In this document: positions 60,998 to 64,000 of the stretch, in pieces
Layout of the letters: every line of letters begins with the position of its first letter
Numbering within the stretch: position 1 is the stretch's first letter
Made by a program: the position numbers and the translations under genes
Notes under the pieces: model-generated
What the model was told of the DNA's origin: nothing
Seen by the model: only the letters and a program-made list of their open reading frames with translations
The model's database searches: none
NCBI GenBank assembly: GCA_963693365.1
Contig: CAVNZM010000004.1
Span: 12,881,088 to 12,945,087, forward strand
Direction: 5' to 3'
Origin: Amoebidium appalachense
Taxonomy: Eukaryota; Protista; Ichthyosporea
Length of the DNA: 64,000 nucleotides

Positions 60998-62509
60998 CCC
61001 CCACCAACCCCGATCCCCCACCCCACCCACCCCTCTCCCACCGTTCTCCGTCCACTCCCCGTCCGATGCATCCCTGTCTGTTCTCTCCCCTATTGTTACT
61101 GCACCCCTCCTGATAATTCATTCCCCCCCCCCCCCCCGGTGCCCCCTTCCCTGCGTTACGTGGGCAATGAGAGGTTGTGAAGGGGTGGAGAGGAGGGTGT
61201 AACAGTGGTGTGCGACTTGTGGCATTGTCTTTGCCTGCCCACTCCGTCTACCTCCCCCCACCAAGGGGAGCGTGTGCACACATACTCATGCACATGCACA
61301 CACACGCACACATACACACGCATTACACAGACACCCACCCACCCACCCACCCACACACACACATCACACACACACACACACACACACATGCGCGTACACA
61401 TGCACGCACACGCGCACATACGCACACACACACACACACACACATCAGGCACAAACACGGGCACACACAGTGTGAGGGATGGGGAAATGGAAAAGAAGCA
61501 AAGGAAAGAGCGGAAGGAGGAGGAGGAAAAGAAGGTGGTGGTGATGGTGGAGAAAAGGAGCAAACGAAGAAGACCAATTTGAAAACATGACATCTCCTGC
61601 CTTGCATGTGGGGCTGTGGATGGCTAGTGACTGGTTAATAATGGTGGGGGAAGGGGGGAAGTGGGAGGGGGGGGGGGGGGGGGAGGGGGGGGGGGGCATG
61701 GTGGGACTGAAAGTTGGGAATGTGAAACAAACCCAAATAGTGTGGACACATGGGCGGGTATAGGTGGAAGAGTGGGTAAGGGGCTGCATAGTGTGTGTGT
61801 GTGATTGTCATAGTACTGATTGGTGGGGGGGACTCTAGGGGCTGCACAGGGCAGGCAAGGCACTGATGAGTCTGGGCCGGTTTGACGAGGCTGTCAGATA
61901 CTTCGAGGTGAGTCTTCATGGTGTGGTGGAGGGGGGAGCGGGGGGGGGGGGGGGGGGGGGGGGGGGGCTTCTTGCCAGACTGGTGTTTGTGTCGGTTTTT
62001 TTCCCTTCTTTTTCTCTTGTGTGTGTATGTCTGGGGCGTGTTTGTGTGTGTGTTGGGGGGGGGGGGGGGGGGGGGAATGTTTGTGGCCTATGTATTTCCT
62101 TGCCTACCTGATAGGCGGCTGTGTGGGATGTGTCGTTGTTTGATGGGCAGTGGTGTGCAGTGCAGTTAGGGGTTAGTAATGAATTTCGCAACTTGCTCAT
62201 CATAGATGTAACTTTTTGAGTGATAATGCTTAGGTTGATAGGAAGTGTTCGAGTCCTTTGGTTAGGTTGTATCGAAAATGCAGACAGGCACTCAAGTGTT
62301 TGCTGAGTGTTTGATTCATCTGATCAGTGTGGCGGCAAGTGTTGTATTGTCATTATTGATTCCCAAACAGAAAGTACTGAACAAGGAGCCACACAACAGT
62401 TTTGTGCGCAAGGAGGTGAGATCTTTTTTTTTTTTTCTCCCTGTCCCCCCCCCCCCCCCCCCCCCCCAAATCCTGCGTGTGTGTTTTTTTTTTTTTGGTG
62501 GGGGTATTT

Positions 62510-62559
<50 letters not shown>

Positions 62560-63417
62560 CTACGAGCTGTGTCTGGCCTGGGCTTCAGTATCTGGATGCC
62601 TGACCCTGTGTGTTCCTCTGTCTTATCATGCACTAGCATTTCACTGGCTGGTGCCTGTGTGTGCATATGCTCAGGTGCAAGGGGTGTGTGTGCGTGGGCA
62701 CGTGGTTACGTACATGTGCTTTTTTTCGTGTGAGGGTGGGCGGGCGGGCGTGCATGCCTGCCTGCATGCGTGCGTGCGTGTGTGCGTACATGCATGGCTC
62801 TTAAGCTGGTGTGTGTGTGTGTGTGTGTTGAAGGGGGAGGGGAAGAGGGGGGAGTGAGGTGTCGCATATACGCATGCATGTGTAAATGCACACACCAAAG
62901 TGCGGACGTGTGAAAGAAATGATTGTGTGTGCCACGGCCTGTAAGCATGCGACCTGTGTCAGTATACGCTTACGTGCACTTGTTTATGGACTTATCCCTG
63001 CCATCATGTGGACAGTGATGTGTGTCTGCTGTTAGTATTTGCTTCCTTGATCACGTTCTCAGCTGTGTGTGGGTGTGTTCTTCCATGGTCTGGTGCTGTC
63101 TAAGTGGTGTAAATTGCTAGGTGTGGGCTTGTATGTGCAGGCACACATTGCTATTGACACTTCAGTACGTTTATTTTGGACCTTCCCTCCTGCATCAATA
63201 CACCCCACCACCTCACCACCAGTTTACCCCCCCCCCCCCCTCCCCCCCCCCCCCCCCCCCCTTCCACCCCCCTTATTCAACATCATATGTCACCCACCCC
63301 CTCTCACCTGCCACATTGCAGCTTTCATCAGTGCAGGAGGCTGAGCGCTACATGGACCTAGCCAGACAGGCCTTTGATGCGGGCGACTACCAGCGTGCTC
63401 TCTTCAACTACGACCAG
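59221..63417 (+). CDS. DNAJC7: TPR co-chaperone DNAJC7/TPR2-like, first 6 exons (continues beyond window)
   Basis: Exons 59221-59255, 59437-59525 (ADEWKNAANELYKKEEYHKAVDMYTKAI), 60806-60930 (YFTNRAAALLMIGRFSDALED), 61839-61907 (GLHRAGKALMSLG), 62371-62415, 63322-63417 (AFDAGDYQRAL). The J domain is not in the window, so the assignment rests on TPR similarity. Confidence 0.78.
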
Positions 63418-63757
63418 GTATGCTCATGCCCGACCCGACCCGACCCGATTGGGCCGACTGATGAGTTCGGGCTGAAGGGAGTGTGTTTTTAGTGCATTAG
63501 TGCATTATGGGATTGGGCTCTAGTTCTAGTGTAGAGACAGAACCTGGGATCCCGAACTCGTATCGATTGGTAGCTGGTTCGAAATGGTTGTCATTGATAT
63601 GTGTGCTTGAGTGGTTGAGGGATGGTATGGTATGGGATTACAGGGATTATGGTGGGTTGGGAGGAGTGCCTGCCTGTGGGCAAGCTGGGCTGCAGGTGGG
63701 GCTTGTTTGTGTGATTGGGTCGGTGTGTGCGTGTACGTGCGGCACACGCACCTACAC

Positions 63758-63832
<75 letters not shown>

Positions 63833-64000
63833 TCGAGAGAGCCATGCGTACGTGCAGTCGGGGGGAGGGTGGGGGGAGGGGGCATGCATGTGTGTGTGCG
63901 TGTGTGCGTTGTGTGGGTTGTGTGTTTTTTTTTGTTTGTTTTTGTGTTTGTGTGTAAATTTCAGGGAAGACGGGTGTTATGAACGGATTCGTAGGGCCAG

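Overview
Eukaryotic, intron-rich and microsatellite-rich genomic DNA. The gene set is animal/fungal-like, so a unicellular opisthokont is plausible (inference only). The window opens with a 5'-truncated Ty1/Copia retrotransposon (partial integrase, RT, RNase H, PPT, probable 3' LTR) abutting an unrelated GATG/CATC-rich segment. Six multi-exon genes were reconstructed by hand from GT-AG sites and protein motifs: RCHY1/Pirh2-like CHY-RING ligase (+), UBL3/MUB (+), a ~31-exon focadhesin (+), class 3 lipase (+), HINT3-like HIT hydrolase with an N-terminal hydrophobic segment (-), and the 5' part of DNAJC7 (+). There are also weaker candidates for spliced orphan loci, three small non-autonomous DNA-transposon-like elements (one carrying a tRNA-derived segment) and several minisatellites. 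Most ORFs in the supplied track are repeat artefacts. The most unusual signal is intron architecture: weak donors directly followed by poly-C runs, acceptors lacking polypyrimidine tracts (a near CTRAY branch motif, or (CA)n running straight into AG), and complementary CnAn/TnGn and (CA)n/(TG)n tracts inside single introns. All exon models are manual and not checked against transcripts or databases.
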